Part shown: piece by piece, positions 43,468-52,995 of the stretch
How the letters are laid out: every line of letters begins with the position of its first letter
Numbering within the stretch: position 1 is the first letter of the stretch
Origin: an uncultured Chloroflexia bacterium
Lineage (GTDB): Bacteria; Chloroflexota; Limnocylindria; QHBO01
Direction: 5' to 3'
DNA length: 64,000 bases
Assembly (NCBI GenBank): GCA_963827475.1
Contig: CAWHAZ010000005.1
Span: forward strand, 384,001 to 448,000
Notes under the pieces: model-generated
What the model saw: the letters and a program-made list of their open reading frames with translations, nothing else
Databases searched by the model: none
Told to the model about the DNA's origin: nothing
Translations under genes and position numbers: made by a program

Positions 43468-44027
43468 CACCCACCGCTCCCCGCGCGGGCGGACGCCATC
43501 CATTCGGCGCGGCTGATGGCCCACAGGCCGGTGGTTCCGCCACGGAACGCGACCTCGCCGCGGTACGACTCGCCGATCCGCCCGGCCACGGCCTGCGAGG
43601 CGTGGTTGGTGGGATGGATGAGGCTGACCAGCTCGTCCACCTCGAGGTGGACGAACCCCCAGTCCAGCGACGCGCGCGCCGCCTCGGTGGCGTAGCCGCG
43701 CCCCCACCAGGCGGGACCGAGCATCCAGCCGACCTCGGTCCCCGGCCATCCCTCCGGCTCCCACAGCCCGATGCGACCGATGAACGCGCCGCTCTCCCGC
43801 TCCTCCACCGCCCACATCCCGAACCCGCGCAGGGCCCAGTGTCCGATCCACAGCGCGATCGACCGCCAGCACGCCTCGCGCAATGGCGCCCCGGCGTAGC
43901 CCACGAACGGCCCAATGATCGGGTCCGCGGCCATTTCTTCGAGCGCGTCGACATCGGTTTCGCGATATGCGCGCAGCAGCAGCCGGTCCGTCTCGAGGGT
44001 GGGGATCTCCGTGAGCCGTCCTGCCAT
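43467..44027 (-). CDS. RimJ/RimL-type GNAT acetyltransferase (tandem paralog)
   Basis: IPTLETDRLLLR, GHWALRGFG, WGRGYATEA, PTNHASQAVA. Confidence 0.88.
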   Translation of the reverse strand: MAGRLTEIPTLETDRLLLRAYRETDVDALEEMAADPIIGPFVGYAGAPLREACWRSIALWIGHWALRGFGMWAVEERESGAFIGRIGLWEPEGWPGTEVGWMLGPAWWGRGYATEAARASLDWGFVHLEVDELVSLIHPTNHASQAVAGRIGESYRGEVAFRGGTTGLWAISRAEWMASARAGSGG

Positions 44028-44094
44028 GACCTGACCGCGATGATCGCCGATTCACCCGATCGCGATCGGCCCGCTCGGAGCGTATCCTGACCGC

Positions 44095-45054
44095 GTGACG
44101 GAGCCGAAGCCTTCGCGCGGAAGGAACATCCTCGTCGGCATCCTCGGCGTGTTGGCCTGTATCGCCATCACGCTCTCGGCGTCGATCCTGTGGATCCACC
44201 AGGTCGCGCTGAACACGGACCGCTACGTCACGGTCATCAGTCGGGTGGCGACCGACACCCAGGTCGTCGAAGAAGTGGGCGGTCGGCTGGCCGACCAGAT
44301 CGTCGACCGGGTCGACGACGAGTTCGACATCCCGCGCCTCGTCAGACCACTGCTCCGAGACTGGATCGCGGAGCAGATCGGCGCCTTCATGGGCACCGAT
44401 GTCTTCACCGACGCGTGGGCCGCGGCGAATCGGGTGGCGCACACCGCCGCGGTGGGCCTGCTCCGCCGCGACTCGCCGCTCGACAGCTCGGACGGAGAGC
44501 TCAGCATCAGCGTGCTGCCGGTGGTCATCGTCGGACTGGAACGACTGCAGGAGACCGGGATCCTTCCGGATGACCTCGAGCTGCCCGACCCGTCGGACGT
44601 GGGTGAAGGGGAGGTCATTCGGGAGTTCATCGCCGACCGGCTCGGGATCGACCTCCCGCCTGATTTCGGGGAAGTGCCGCTGGTTCGCATGTCCCGCCTG
44701 GAGTCGGTGCGCCAGCTCGTGCGGAGCTTCGACCTGATCACGGTGATCGGCGTGGCGGTCGCCGTCGTGCTGACGGCGTTGACGGTATGGCTGGCACGCG
44801 ACCGGCGCCGTGCGGTGATGCTCCTGGGACTCGGTACCGCCGCCGCCGTCCTCGTGGTTCAGGTGATCACCTTGATCCTCAGCCAGGCGGTGGAGACCTC
44901 CCTGGCGGACGACGGGACGCCGATCCTGGCCGCCATCGTTGGCGCCCTGATCAGCAATCTGGCCCTGGCCCTGACCGTCGTCCTCATCCTGGGCGTCATC
45001 GCGGCGGCAGGCGCCGTAGCCATGGGCAGACGGAAGCCCGAACCCGCGGGCTGA
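44095..45054 (+). CDS. Integral membrane protein
   Basis: N-terminal TM, LNTDRYV, WAAANRVAH, three C-terminal TMs. Confidence 0.7.
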   Translation: MTEPKPSRGRNILVGILGVLACIAITLSASILWIHQVALNTDRYVTVISRVATDTQVVEEVGGRLADQIVDRVDDEFDIPRLVRPLLRDWIAEQIGAFMGTDVFTDAWAAANRVAHTAAVGLLRRDSPLDSSDGELSISVLPVVIVGLERLQETGILPDDLELPDPSDVGEGEVIREFIADRLGIDLPPDFGEVPLVRMSRLESVRQLVRSFDLITVIGVAVAVVLTALTVWLARDRRRAVMLLGLGTAAAVLVVQVITLILSQAVETSLADDGTPILAAIVGALISNLALALTVVLILGVIAAAGAVAMGRRKPEPAG

Positions 45055-45064
45055 CCGCGACTGA

Positions 45065-46003
45065 TCAGGCGGCGGGGGCGTCAGGCTCCGGAGTCGTCGA
45101 CTGGGGCGGCTGCGGCGGTCGTGCCGGACGGACGCGCCGGAAGAGCTTCCAGGCCACGAACGCGACGATCCCGAACACGATCAGGGCCGGGATACCGACG
45201 ATGAGGAGCCAGATCCCGGCGCTGACCAGCCACTGGCCGAAGCTGACCAGGGACGCGACTGCCTCCTCGACGATGACCGCCGGGTCGAAGTCTTCTGAGG
45301 CCTGCTGGACCGGCTCGGGGGTGGGGATGATGGAAACGGTGAGCGTCGCCAGGTCGACCGCGTCGGTGTAGTACTCGAGCTGGGCCTCGTAGGCCTCGAT
45401 CTCGCCGCGGACGGCGAACAGCTGGTTCTGGATGGCGAGGATGTCCTCGACCGTCTCGGCCCGGTCGAGCAGCTCGCGGTACTCGGCCTCGGCCGCCCGC
45501 AGGTTCTCCAGGCGGGCCTCGATGTCGATGACGACGGCGGTGACGTCCTCCTCGTTGGTGGCCTCGGCCTTGACCTCGCCGTCGAGCTCGTGAATAGCGG
45601 CGATGGCGTCCTCGAACCGGTCGGCGGGAATCCGCATGGTGAGCGTCGCCATGTCCTCGACCTCGCCTTGGAACGAGTTGCTGATGAACCCGTCCAGCTC
45701 GACGGCCAGGGCGCGAACCTCGCCGACGGTCTCGGGCACGTTCTCGACCTCGACCGTGATCTCGCCGGTGCGGATGATCGACCGATCCGCCTGGCCGGCG
45801 ACGGGGGCCTCACCGGTCACGCCCCCTCCGGTCTCGTCGGCGGCCAGCCCCGGGGCGACCAGCCCAGGGGGGACCTCTCGTGCTTCAGGGTCGACAGCGA
45901 GTCCGCCGTCCAGGTTCTGCGATACGGCCGCCGGTTGGCAGGCGGCGAGGAAGAGCGTGAGGACGGCGAATAGGACCAGGAGCGCGGTGCGTGAGGTCTT
46001 CAC
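45065..46003 (-). CDS. DUF4349-like lipoprotein
   Basis: LAAC lipobox, IIRTGEITVEV, LTMRIPA, EDVT..DIEARL coiled coil, C-terminal TM. Confidence 0.8.
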   Translation of the reverse strand: MKTSRTALLVLFAVLTLFLAACQPAAVSQNLDGGLAVDPEAREVPPGLVAPGLAADETGGGVTGEAPVAGQADRSIIRTGEITVEVENVPETVGEVRALAVELDGFISNSFQGEVEDMATLTMRIPADRFEDAIAAIHELDGEVKAEATNEEDVTAVVIDIEARLENLRAAEAEYRELLDRAETVEDILAIQNQLFAVRGEIEAYEAQLEYYTDAVDLATLTVSIIPTPEPVQQASEDFDPAVIVEEAVASLVSFGQWLVSAGIWLLIVGIPALIVFGIVAFVAWKLFRRVRPARPPQPPQSTTPEPDAPAA

Positions 46004-46041
46004 GGGATGTGGTCTCCAGGTGGTGGGTTGTCTGCCCCTCA

Positions 46042-46067
46042 GACGCCGCGCCGCCTCCGGCGGTTCC
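46042..46067 (-). promoter_or_regulatory. Putative ECF sigma promoter
   Basis: Minus strand reads GGAACC-N16-CGTC upstream of the DUF4349 gene. Confidence 0.6.
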
Positions 46068-46094
46068 CGCGCCGCCTCCCCGTATGATCGGTCG

Positions 46095-47312
46095 ATGGAT
46101 GGCCACGGCCGCCGGCCCCTCCTCGCCCTGATCGGAGCGGTCGCCTGCGCCAGCACCGCGTACATCGCCGTTTTCATCGTCAGCTCGCTGGCGGTTCTCG
46201 AGATCACCGGTTCGGCCGTCGCCGCCGGGCTCCCCAGCGCGCTCGCCGTCCTGGCCACCGCGTTCGGGGCAGTCGCGGTCGCCAATCTCGGCATTCGATG
46301 GAGCCGGCCGATGGCCGTCTCGATCGGGTTCGCGGTGGCGGTCGTTGGCTGTGGCCTGGCACTGGCCGCGGTCGCCTTCTCGTCGTTGGCATGGCTCCTC
46401 GCCGCCAATCTCGCGTTCGGGATCGGGAACGGCGCGCTCCAGCAGACGCGCTACGCGGCCGCTGACTCGGTGCCCACAGACCGGAGGGCGTGGGCGGTCG
46501 GTCTCGCGGTGTGGGGGTCGACGGTCGGAGCCGTGTTCGGGCCGAATCTCCTCGGCCCGGCCGAGGGGCTGGCCGAGACCATTGGCGTCGATCCGCTGAC
46601 GGTCGCCATCGGCATCGTCGCCGCCCTGTTCGGCGCGGCAATGTTGCTGGCACTCCTGGCTGGGCGCTGGGAAGGACGGGTGCCCGATTCGGCAGAAGCG
46701 GGGCCACGAGGGTGGACCGGATTCCAGGTCGGGCCGCTGCTGCGCGACATTCGCCTGCGGTCGGCCCTGGCCGCCATGATCGGCGGGCAGATCGCCATGG
46801 TGCTGGTCATGACCATGACCCCGTTGCACATCCATGGCGGCGGAGGCGACCTGGTGTTCGTGGGCCTGGTGATCAGCGCCCACACGCTCGGGATGTTCGC
46901 GCTCGCGCCGCTGACGACCCGACTCGTGACCATGCGCGGGCCCACGCCGGTCGCCCTGGCCGGAATGGTCGTCATCGTGGCTGCGGTCGTGTTGGCGGCC
47001 GTCGCCCCGCCGCACTCGGGCCCGCTCCTGGCGCTCGGCCTGTTCCTGCTCGGCTACGGCTGGAACATGTGCTTCGTGTCCGGCAGCACGATGCTCGTCG
47101 AGGGCGCGCCGTCGGCGGATCAGACCGCGCGGCAGGGAGCGGGCGATTTCCTCGTGTTCATCTCCGGCGCCTTTGCCAGCCTCGCATCTGGCGCGCTGCT
47201 CGCGGGCGTGGGGTTCGCGGCGATGTCCCTCGTGGCCGGGGCCATCCTGGTCGTGCCGGCGGCCATCATCCTGCGCGAGCGCGGCCGCTCCCCGGAGCCC
47301 GCCAGAGCCTGA
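46095..47312 (+). CDS. MFS transporter
   Basis: About 12 TM, RYAAAD, MTMTPLH, ISAHTLGMFA, GWN. Confidence 0.85.
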   Translation: MDGHGRRPLLALIGAVACASTAYIAVFIVSSLAVLEITGSAVAAGLPSALAVLATAFGAVAVANLGIRWSRPMAVSIGFAVAVVGCGLALAAVAFSSLAWLLAANLAFGIGNGALQQTRYAAADSVPTDRRAWAVGLAVWGSTVGAVFGPNLLGPAEGLAETIGVDPLTVAIGIVAALFGAAMLLALLAGRWEGRVPDSAEAGPRGWTGFQVGPLLRDIRLRSALAAMIGGQIAMVLVMTMTPLHIHGGGGDLVFVGLVISAHTLGMFALAPLTTRLVTMRGPTPVALAGMVVIVAAVVLAAVAPPHSGPLLALGLFLLGYGWNMCFVSGSTMLVEGAPSADQTARQGAGDFLVFISGAFASLASGALLAGVGFAAMSLVAGAILVVPAAIILRERGRSPEPARA

Positions 47313-47320
47313 CCGGCATC

Positions 47321-47348
47321 TGGACAAATCGAACGCATGTTCTAGACT
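47321..47348 (+). promoter_or_regulatory. SOS promoter with a LexA box upstream of dnaE2
   Basis: TGGACA-N16-TAGACT enclosing GAAC-GCAT-GTTC (47331-47342). Confidence 0.88.
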
Positions 47349-47358
47349 GGACCGTCCG

Positions 47359-50300
47359 ATGGTCGGCCCGGACGCGTACTGCGAGCTCCACGTTCACAGC
47401 AACTTCTCGTTCCTCGACGGGGCCAGCCATCCGGAGGATCTCGTGGCCCGGGCGGCCCGGATCGGGATGCCGGCGCTGGCCCTCACCGACCACGCGGGGC
47501 TGTACGCCGCCGTCCGGCTGTGGAAGGGGGCGGAGGCGACCCGGACCGATGACGCCCGCGCCGCGGGCCTCTCCCCGGTGGTGCCGATCCTGGGCGTGGA
47601 GCTGGCCATTCCCCGCGATGATCGCGAGCTGCGCCTGGCGCGGCGCGGGCGGCGCATGGCACTCCCGCTCCGCGGAACGAAGGCCAGCCGCGGCTGGCCG
47701 GGGGAGCACCACGCCGGCCCGGCCCCCGGCGACCACCTCGTCCTGCTGGCCCGCGACCCGGCCGGGTACGCCGCTCTGTCGGGGATCGTGTCCGCCGGCC
47801 ACCTGGCCGGCGAGAAGGCGTTCCCCGTGTTCGAGGCGGCCGTGCTGGAAGCGGCGCTGGACGAGGCGAAGGGTCATCTCATCGGGCTGAGCGGCTGCCG
47901 GAACGGGGAGATCCCGCGGAAGCTGCTGGCCGGGGAGCGGGCCGCCGCCCGTTCGGTCGCGGAACGGTGGGCCCGTCACTTCGCCGACGGGGACTTCTGC
48001 GTGGAGCTGTCCCACCACCTGCTCCCCGACGACGACTGGCTCGTCGCCGAGCTGGCGTCCCTGGCCGACGAGACGGGCCTGTCCACCGTCGTCACCAACG
48101 AGGTCCACTACGCCGAGGCGGCCGGTCATCGGCTCCAGGACGTGCTGGTCGCCATCCGCCACGGCGCCTCCCTCGACGACACGCGCGAGCTCCGCCTCCC
48201 GAATGCCGAATATCGGCTCAAGACCGGACCCCAGCTCGCGCTCCTCGGCGCCGGCCTGCCCGATCCCCGCGCCCGGCGAGCCTGGCACGACGGGATGGCG
48301 CAGGCGGCGACCATCGGTCAGGCCTGCCGGCTGGACCTGGGCTTCGAGCGCTATCGGTTTCCCGGCTTCACCGTTCCCGACGGGGAGACGCCCTTCTCCT
48401 ACCTGTACCAGCTTGCCCATGACGGCTTACGGCGCCGGTATCGGCCCATTACCAAGCAGGCGCTGGAACAGCTGACCCACGAGCTGGGCGTCATCGACCG
48501 CACGAACCTGTCGGAGTTCTTCCTGATCGTGTGGGACCTCATGGAGTACGCGCGGCGGAACAAGATCATCGGCCAGGGGCGGGGGAGTGCCGGCGACTCG
48601 ATCGTGGCCTACTGCCTGGGCATCACCAAGGTCGATCCCATCGAGCACAAGCTCCTGTTCGAGCGCTTCATCAACGAGGCGCGCGCCCTGCCCGACATCG
48701 ACATCGACTTCGACGTGAACCGCCGCGAGGAGGTCATCCAGTACCTCTACCGCCGCTACGGCGTCGACCACGCGGCCATGGTCTGCAACGTCATCACCTA
48801 CCGCGCCCGGTCGGCCGTGCGGGAGGTGGCGAAGGTCCTCGCCTTTCCGCCGGACGTGGTCGACCGCATCGCGAAGGCGCTCGACACCCGGGACGCGTCC
48901 GAGGTGGCCAATGACCTGTCCCTGGATGGCGAGTTCGGCTGGCTGTTCGAGGAGCTGGGCAGCCAGACCGATACCGATGGCGGAACCGTGACCGATGCCG
49001 AGGCGGATCCCTTGGTCGTCCGCAGCAACGACAACACGTGGCACTTCCGCGGCCGTCCGACCCTCCGCCCGGACCTGGCCGCCGCCGAGGCCCAGGCCCG
49101 CGAAGCGGCCGGTGACCATGACGGCCGGCCGTACAGCGAAAGCGGCTGGTACCCGCCCCGCCGGCCGAGCGCCCTCGACCAGTCCACCGTCCAGGTCCGC
49201 CACGAGGGCTGGGAGCGGCAGCGCTACGCGGGCATCACGGCCGGTGACGACCACGAGGGGCACGTGGCGGTGGATCCCGAGAGCGGGATGCCGGTCGAGC
49301 GGCGTCCCCGCCCGCCGGTCGTCACCGAGGCGCCGGTCGAGGAGTCGCCGCCGATCCGGCCGCGGAACCGGTGGCAGTGGCTGCTCGCCCTGTGCGCGGA
49401 GATCGACGGCTTCCCGCGCCACCTCGGGATCCACGTCGGCGGCATGCTCGTGACCCGGACCCCGATCACCGAGCTCGTCCCCATCGAGCGGGCCACCATG
49501 CCGGGCCGGGTCGTGACCGAGTACGACAAGGAGGACGTCGAGGCCCTCGGCCTGGTGAAGATCGACCTCCTGTCGCTGCGGACCCTGGGCGCGGTGTCGG
49601 ACGCCCTGGACCGCATCGAGCGGGACACGGGCCGCCGCCCCGATCTCGACAGCCTCCCCCACGACGACCCGGAGGTCTTCGCGTCGATCAAGACCGCCGA
49701 CACGGTGGGTGTGTTCCAGGTCGAGTCCCGGGCCCAGATGCAGGCGCTGCCCAAGGCCAGCCCGGCGCGGTTCGAGGACCTCGTCGTCCAGGTCGCGATC
49801 ATCCGGCCCGGCCCGGTCCAGGGCAACGCGGTTCACCCCTACCTGCGCCGACGCGCCGGCCTCGAGGAGGCGGTCTATCCCCATCCCAGCCTGCGGCCGA
49901 TCCTGGAGGACACTCTCGGCGTGATCCTCTACCAGGAGCAGGTCATGCAGATCGCGATCACCGTCTGCGGCTACAGCGCGACCGATGCCGACATCTTCCG
50001 CAAGGCGATGGGCTCCCATCGGTCTCACCAGGCCATGCAGCGCGAGCGGGACCGGTTCATTACCGGCGCCTTACGGACCGGTTTGACCGAGGCCGATGCC
50101 GAGGACCTGTTCCGCCGCTGCAGCGCCTTCGCCGAGTTCGGCTTCGCCCGGGCCCACGCCGCGGCCTTCGCCAAGATCACCTACGACACCGCGTGGCTCC
50201 GCCTGCGCTACCCGGCCCACTACCTGGCCGGGCTCCTGAACAACCAGCCGCTCGGGTTCTACTCCCCGGCGACCCTGGTCAACGACGCGCGCCGCCACGG

Positions 50301-51165
50301 CCAGACCATCCTGCCGGTGGACGTGAACCGATCGGCGTGGGAGCACGAGACCGAGCGGCTGGCCGAGACCGGGGACGCGGCCCGCGACTTTGCCGTCCGG
50401 CTCGGGATGCGACAGGTGAAGGGCATCGACGAGGCGGCGCGGACGATCGTCGAGCGCGAGCGAGCCATCGGTCCGTACCGGGGCGTGCGCGACTTCGTGG
50501 CCCGTACCGGCCTGGCCGAGCCGGTGGTCGAACGGCTGGTGGCCATCGGTGCCTTCGACTGGACCGATACGCCCCGCCGCGAGCTGCTGTGGCAGCTGCG
50601 CGCCACCCTGCCCGATGCGGATCCGGATCGGCCCCCGCTGGGCCTGACCGATGCCGCAGCCGGCGAGGTGGGCGCCACCCTGCCACCGATGAGCCGCGCC
50701 GAACGGGTGGCGGCCGACTACCGCGAGCTGGGCCTGTCGCCCTCGACCCATGCCGCGGAGCTGTTCCGCGACCGGCTGACGGAGCGCGGCGTGCTGACCG
50801 TCCGTGGCGCCGGGGAGCAGCGGAACGGGGCCATGATCCGGATGGGCGGGGTGGCAACCTCGATCCAGCACCCGATGACCGCCAAGGGATTCGTCTTCCT
50901 CGCCATCGAGGACGAGACCGGGATGATGAACGTCACCCTCCGTCCCGACGTCTACCGCCGCTTCCGCTCGGTCCTCCACCGCAACCCGCTGCTGGTGGTC
51001 ACCGGCCGGCTCCAGGTCGAGGGGCTGGTCCTGAACGTGGTGGCCACCCACCTCGAGCCGGTGGAGGCGGTCATCGCCGAGCCGGCGGCCGCGGATGCCG
51101 CCTCGCCGGAGCGCGACCGCGAGGCGCGCTTCGACCTCATCCGCCAGCGGCGGATGTTCCGCTGA
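47359..51165 (+). CDS. dnaE2: Error-prone DNA polymerase III alpha (DnaE2/ImuC)
   Basis: YCELHVHSNFSFLDGASHPE, GRGSA, PDIDIDF, PRHLGIHVGG, FQVESRAQM, AIIRPGP, LLNNQPLGFY, OB-fold. Confidence 0.93.
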   Translation: MVGPDAYCELHVHSNFSFLDGASHPEDLVARAARIGMPALALTDHAGLYAAVRLWKGAEATRTDDARAAGLSPVVPILGVELAIPRDDRELRLARRGRRMALPLRGTKASRGWPGEHHAGPAPGDHLVLLARDPAGYAALSGIVSAGHLAGEKAFPVFEAAVLEAALDEAKGHLIGLSGCRNGEIPRKLLAGERAAARSVAERWARHFADGDFCVELSHHLLPDDDWLVAELASLADETGLSTVVTNEVHYAEAAGHRLQDVLVAIRHGASLDDTRELRLPNAEYRLKTGPQLALLGAGLPDPRARRAWHDGMAQAATIGQACRLDLGFERYRFPGFTVPDGETPFSYLYQLAHDGLRRRYRPITKQALEQLTHELGVIDRTNLSEFFLIVWDLMEYARRNKIIGQGRGSAGDSIVAYCLGITKVDPIEHKLLFERFINEARALPDIDIDFDVNRREEVIQYLYRRYGVDHAAMVCNVITYRARSAVREVAKVLAFPPDVVDRIAKALDTRDASEVANDLSLDGEFGWLFEELGSQTDTDGGTVTDAEADPLVVRSNDNTWHFRGRPTLRPDLAAAEAQAREAAGDHDGRPYSESGWYPPRRPSALDQSTVQVRHEGWERQRYAGITAGDDHEGHVAVDPESGMPVERRPRPPVVTEAPVEESPPIRPRNRWQWLLALCAEIDGFPRHLGIHVGGMLVTRTPITELVPIERATMPGRVVTEYDKEDVEALGLVKIDLLSLRTLGAVSDALDRIERDTGRRPDLDSLPHDDPEVFASIKTADTVGVFQVESRAQMQALPKASPARFEDLVVQVAIIRPGPVQGNAVHPYLRRRAGLEEAVYPHPSLRPILEDTLGVILYQEQVMQIAITVCGYSATDADIFRKAMGSHRSHQAMQRERDRFITGALRTGLTEADAEDLFRRCSAFAEFGFARAHAAAFAKITYDTAWLRLRYPAHYLAGLLNNQPLGFYSPATLVNDARRHGQTILPVDVNRSAWEHETERLAETGDAARDFAVRLGMRQVKGIDEAARTIVERERAIGPYRGVRDFVARTGLAEPVVERLVAIGAFDWTDTPRRELLWQLRATLPDADPDRPPLGLTDAAAGEVGATLPPMSRAERVAADYRELGLSPSTHAAELFRDRLTERGVLTVRGAGEQRNGAMIRMGGVATSIQHPMTAKGFVFLAIEDETGMMNVTLRPDVYRRFRSVLHRNPLLVVTGRLQVEGLVLNVVATHLEPVEAVIAEPAAADAASPERDREARFDLIRQRRMFR

Positions 51166-51182
51166 CGGCCCACAATCGGTCC

Positions 51183-51575
51183 GTGGCCGACCATCCGCTC
51201 GCTGAGCCGCTTCGCGAGTTCGCGCTGAGCCTGCCCGAGGCATGGGAGGACCATCCGTGGGGTGAGAACGTGGCCAAGGTCGGCAAGAAGGTGTTCGTCT
51301 TCTTTGGGTTGGCCGACGAAGAGCACCCGTTCGGGATGACCGTGAAGCTGCCCGACTCGTACGACGTCGCGATGAGCCTGCCGTGGGCGAAGAACCCCGG
51401 CTACCGCATGGATCGCGGCCACTGGGTCTGGCTCCATCCGCCGAAGGACGCCCCGCTCGAGATGCTCACCGACTGGATCGAGGAGAGCTATCGGGCCGTC
51501 GCATCCAGGGCGCTGGTCCAGACCCTTGACGCCTCGGCTGAGCCGGACCAGAGTGCCAACACGCAGGAGGACTGA
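51183..51575 (+). CDS. MmcQ/YjbR family protein
   Basis: ALSLPEAWEDHPWG..VAKVGKKVF, GHWV, WIEESYRAVA. Confidence 0.85.
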   Translation: MADHPLAEPLREFALSLPEAWEDHPWGENVAKVGKKVFVFFGLADEEHPFGMTVKLPDSYDVAMSLPWAKNPGYRMDRGHWVWLHPPKDAPLEMLTDWIEESYRAVASRALVQTLDASAEPDQSANTQED

Positions 51576-51578
51576 CCG

Positions 51579-51845
51579 ATGTCCGAGGGACACGATCCGG
51601 CCCAGGCGATCGGGACCGTCACCCACTACTTCGGCCACCTGTCGGTGGCGGCCGTGACCTTGACCGATACGCTTCGCGTCGGGGAGAGGATCCACATCAC
51701 CGGGCACACGACCGACGTCGAGCAGACCGTGGAATCGATGGAAGTCGAGCACGCCAAGGTCGAGTCCGCGGGACCGGGCGACGACGTTGCACTCCAGGTC
51801 ACCGAGCACGTCCGGGAGCACGACCGCATCTTCCGCGAGGGATAG
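51579..51845 (+). CDS. Small EF-Tu domain-2-like beta-barrel protein
   Basis: IGTVTHYF..SVA, GHTTDVEQTVESME, VREHD. Confidence 0.7.
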   Translation: MSEGHDPAQAIGTVTHYFGHLSVAAVTLTDTLRVGERIHITGHTTDVEQTVESMEVEHAKVESAGPGDDVALQVTEHVREHDRIFREG

Positions 51846-51852
51846 TCGCCGG

Positions 51853-51878
51853 GGAACCATCGGGCGCTGAGCACCGTC
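51853..51878 (+). promoter_or_regulatory. Putative ECF sigma promoter
   Basis: GGAACC-N16-CGTC upstream of the DUF2330-cupredoxin pair. Confidence 0.6.
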
Positions 51879-51936
51879 CTGCCGCCATCAACTCGTTGCG
51901 GCCAGCAGCCGGGCCGCCCGATGGAGGAAGCGTCCG

Positions 51937-52992
51937 ATGCGACGACGTCTCGTGTCCCTGGCGGCTGCCACCGCAGCCCTGTTTCTCACCGCAGCTCCCG
52001 CCCTCGCCTGCGGCGGGCTGATCGGTCCCAACGGCGCTGTCAACCTGCTGCGAACGACGACGTTCGCCGGCTACCACGACGGCGTCGAGCACTACGTCAC
52101 CGCCTTCGCGTTCGCCGGCGGGGAGGGCGAGTTCGGCTCGCTGGTTCCGCTGCCGGACATCCCGACCTCGATCGAGCGGGGCGGCGACTGGACGCTCCAG
52201 CGCCTCGTGCTGGAGACCGAGCCGCAGCTGTTCCTCGCCCAGGAAGCCGCCCTCGGGGCCGCGGACCGGGCCGAGGTGCTGATGGAGGTCCGGATTGACG
52301 CGCTCGACATCACGATCCTGCGCGGCGGCGGCACGGAGGTCGGGGAGTGGGCCACCGAGCACGGTTTCCGCCTCCCGCCGGACGCGCCGGAGGTCCTTGA
52401 CTTCTATGCCAACCGCTCCCCGATCTTCCTGGCCGCGGTGTTCGATGCCGATGCAGCCGCCGCCCGCGGACAGGCGGTCGGCGACGGGACGCCGGTCCAC
52501 CTGACCATCCCGACCGACGACCCGTGGGTGCCCCTTCGGATCCTGGCCCTCGGCAAGTCCGAGGCCGAGACGGTCGAGGCCGATGTCTACCTCCTGACCG
52601 ATGAGCGGCCAGCGCTGCTGCCGGCGCCGGGCAGCTTCCTGGCCGCCGACGGCATGGAGCTGGCCCACAGCGACCGCGCGAGCGATCAGCTGCTCGCGGA
52701 CCTGCGCTCGGACAAGGGCATGGAATGGATCCCCGACGACGCGTGGCTGACCAAGGTACGGATCAACGCCGCCGCGCCGGACGTGTCGTTCGACCTGGCC
52801 ATCGACGCGGGCGGCGGCCTGCCGTCGCTGGTGGATGCCGGGTTCAAGACGTCGGGCCCCGCCCAGGCGCTGTGGGTGACGTCGCGGGCTCTTGGGCCGC
52901 TGGTGCTCATCGTCGGCCTGCCGCTGCTGATGGCCCTGTTCGCGGCCTCGGTCATCGGTCAGCGGATGGCGCCGCCCCCGTCCGGGGCCTGA
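51937..52992 (+). CDS. DUF2330-like exported protein with a C-terminal TM
   Basis: Signal peptide ending ALA-CGG, FGSLVPLP, WVPLRILALG. Confidence 0.65.
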   Translation: MRRRLVSLAAATAALFLTAAPALACGGLIGPNGAVNLLRTTTFAGYHDGVEHYVTAFAFAGGEGEFGSLVPLPDIPTSIERGGDWTLQRLVLETEPQLFLAQEAALGAADRAEVLMEVRIDALDITILRGGGTEVGEWATEHGFRLPPDAPEVLDFYANRSPIFLAAVFDADAAAARGQAVGDGTPVHLTIPTDDPWVPLRILALGKSEAETVEADVYLLTDERPALLPAPGSFLAADGMELAHSDRASDQLLADLRSDKGMEWIPDDAWLTKVRINAAAPDVSFDLAIDAGGGLPSLVDAGFKTSGPAQALWVTSRALGPLVLIVGLPLLMALFAASVIGQRMAPPPSGA

Positions 52993-52995
52993 TCG

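Noticed and set aside
48955-49372. Intein in DnaE2
   Set aside because: No N-terminal C/S splice motif, no His-Asn C-terminus and no LAGLIDADG block.
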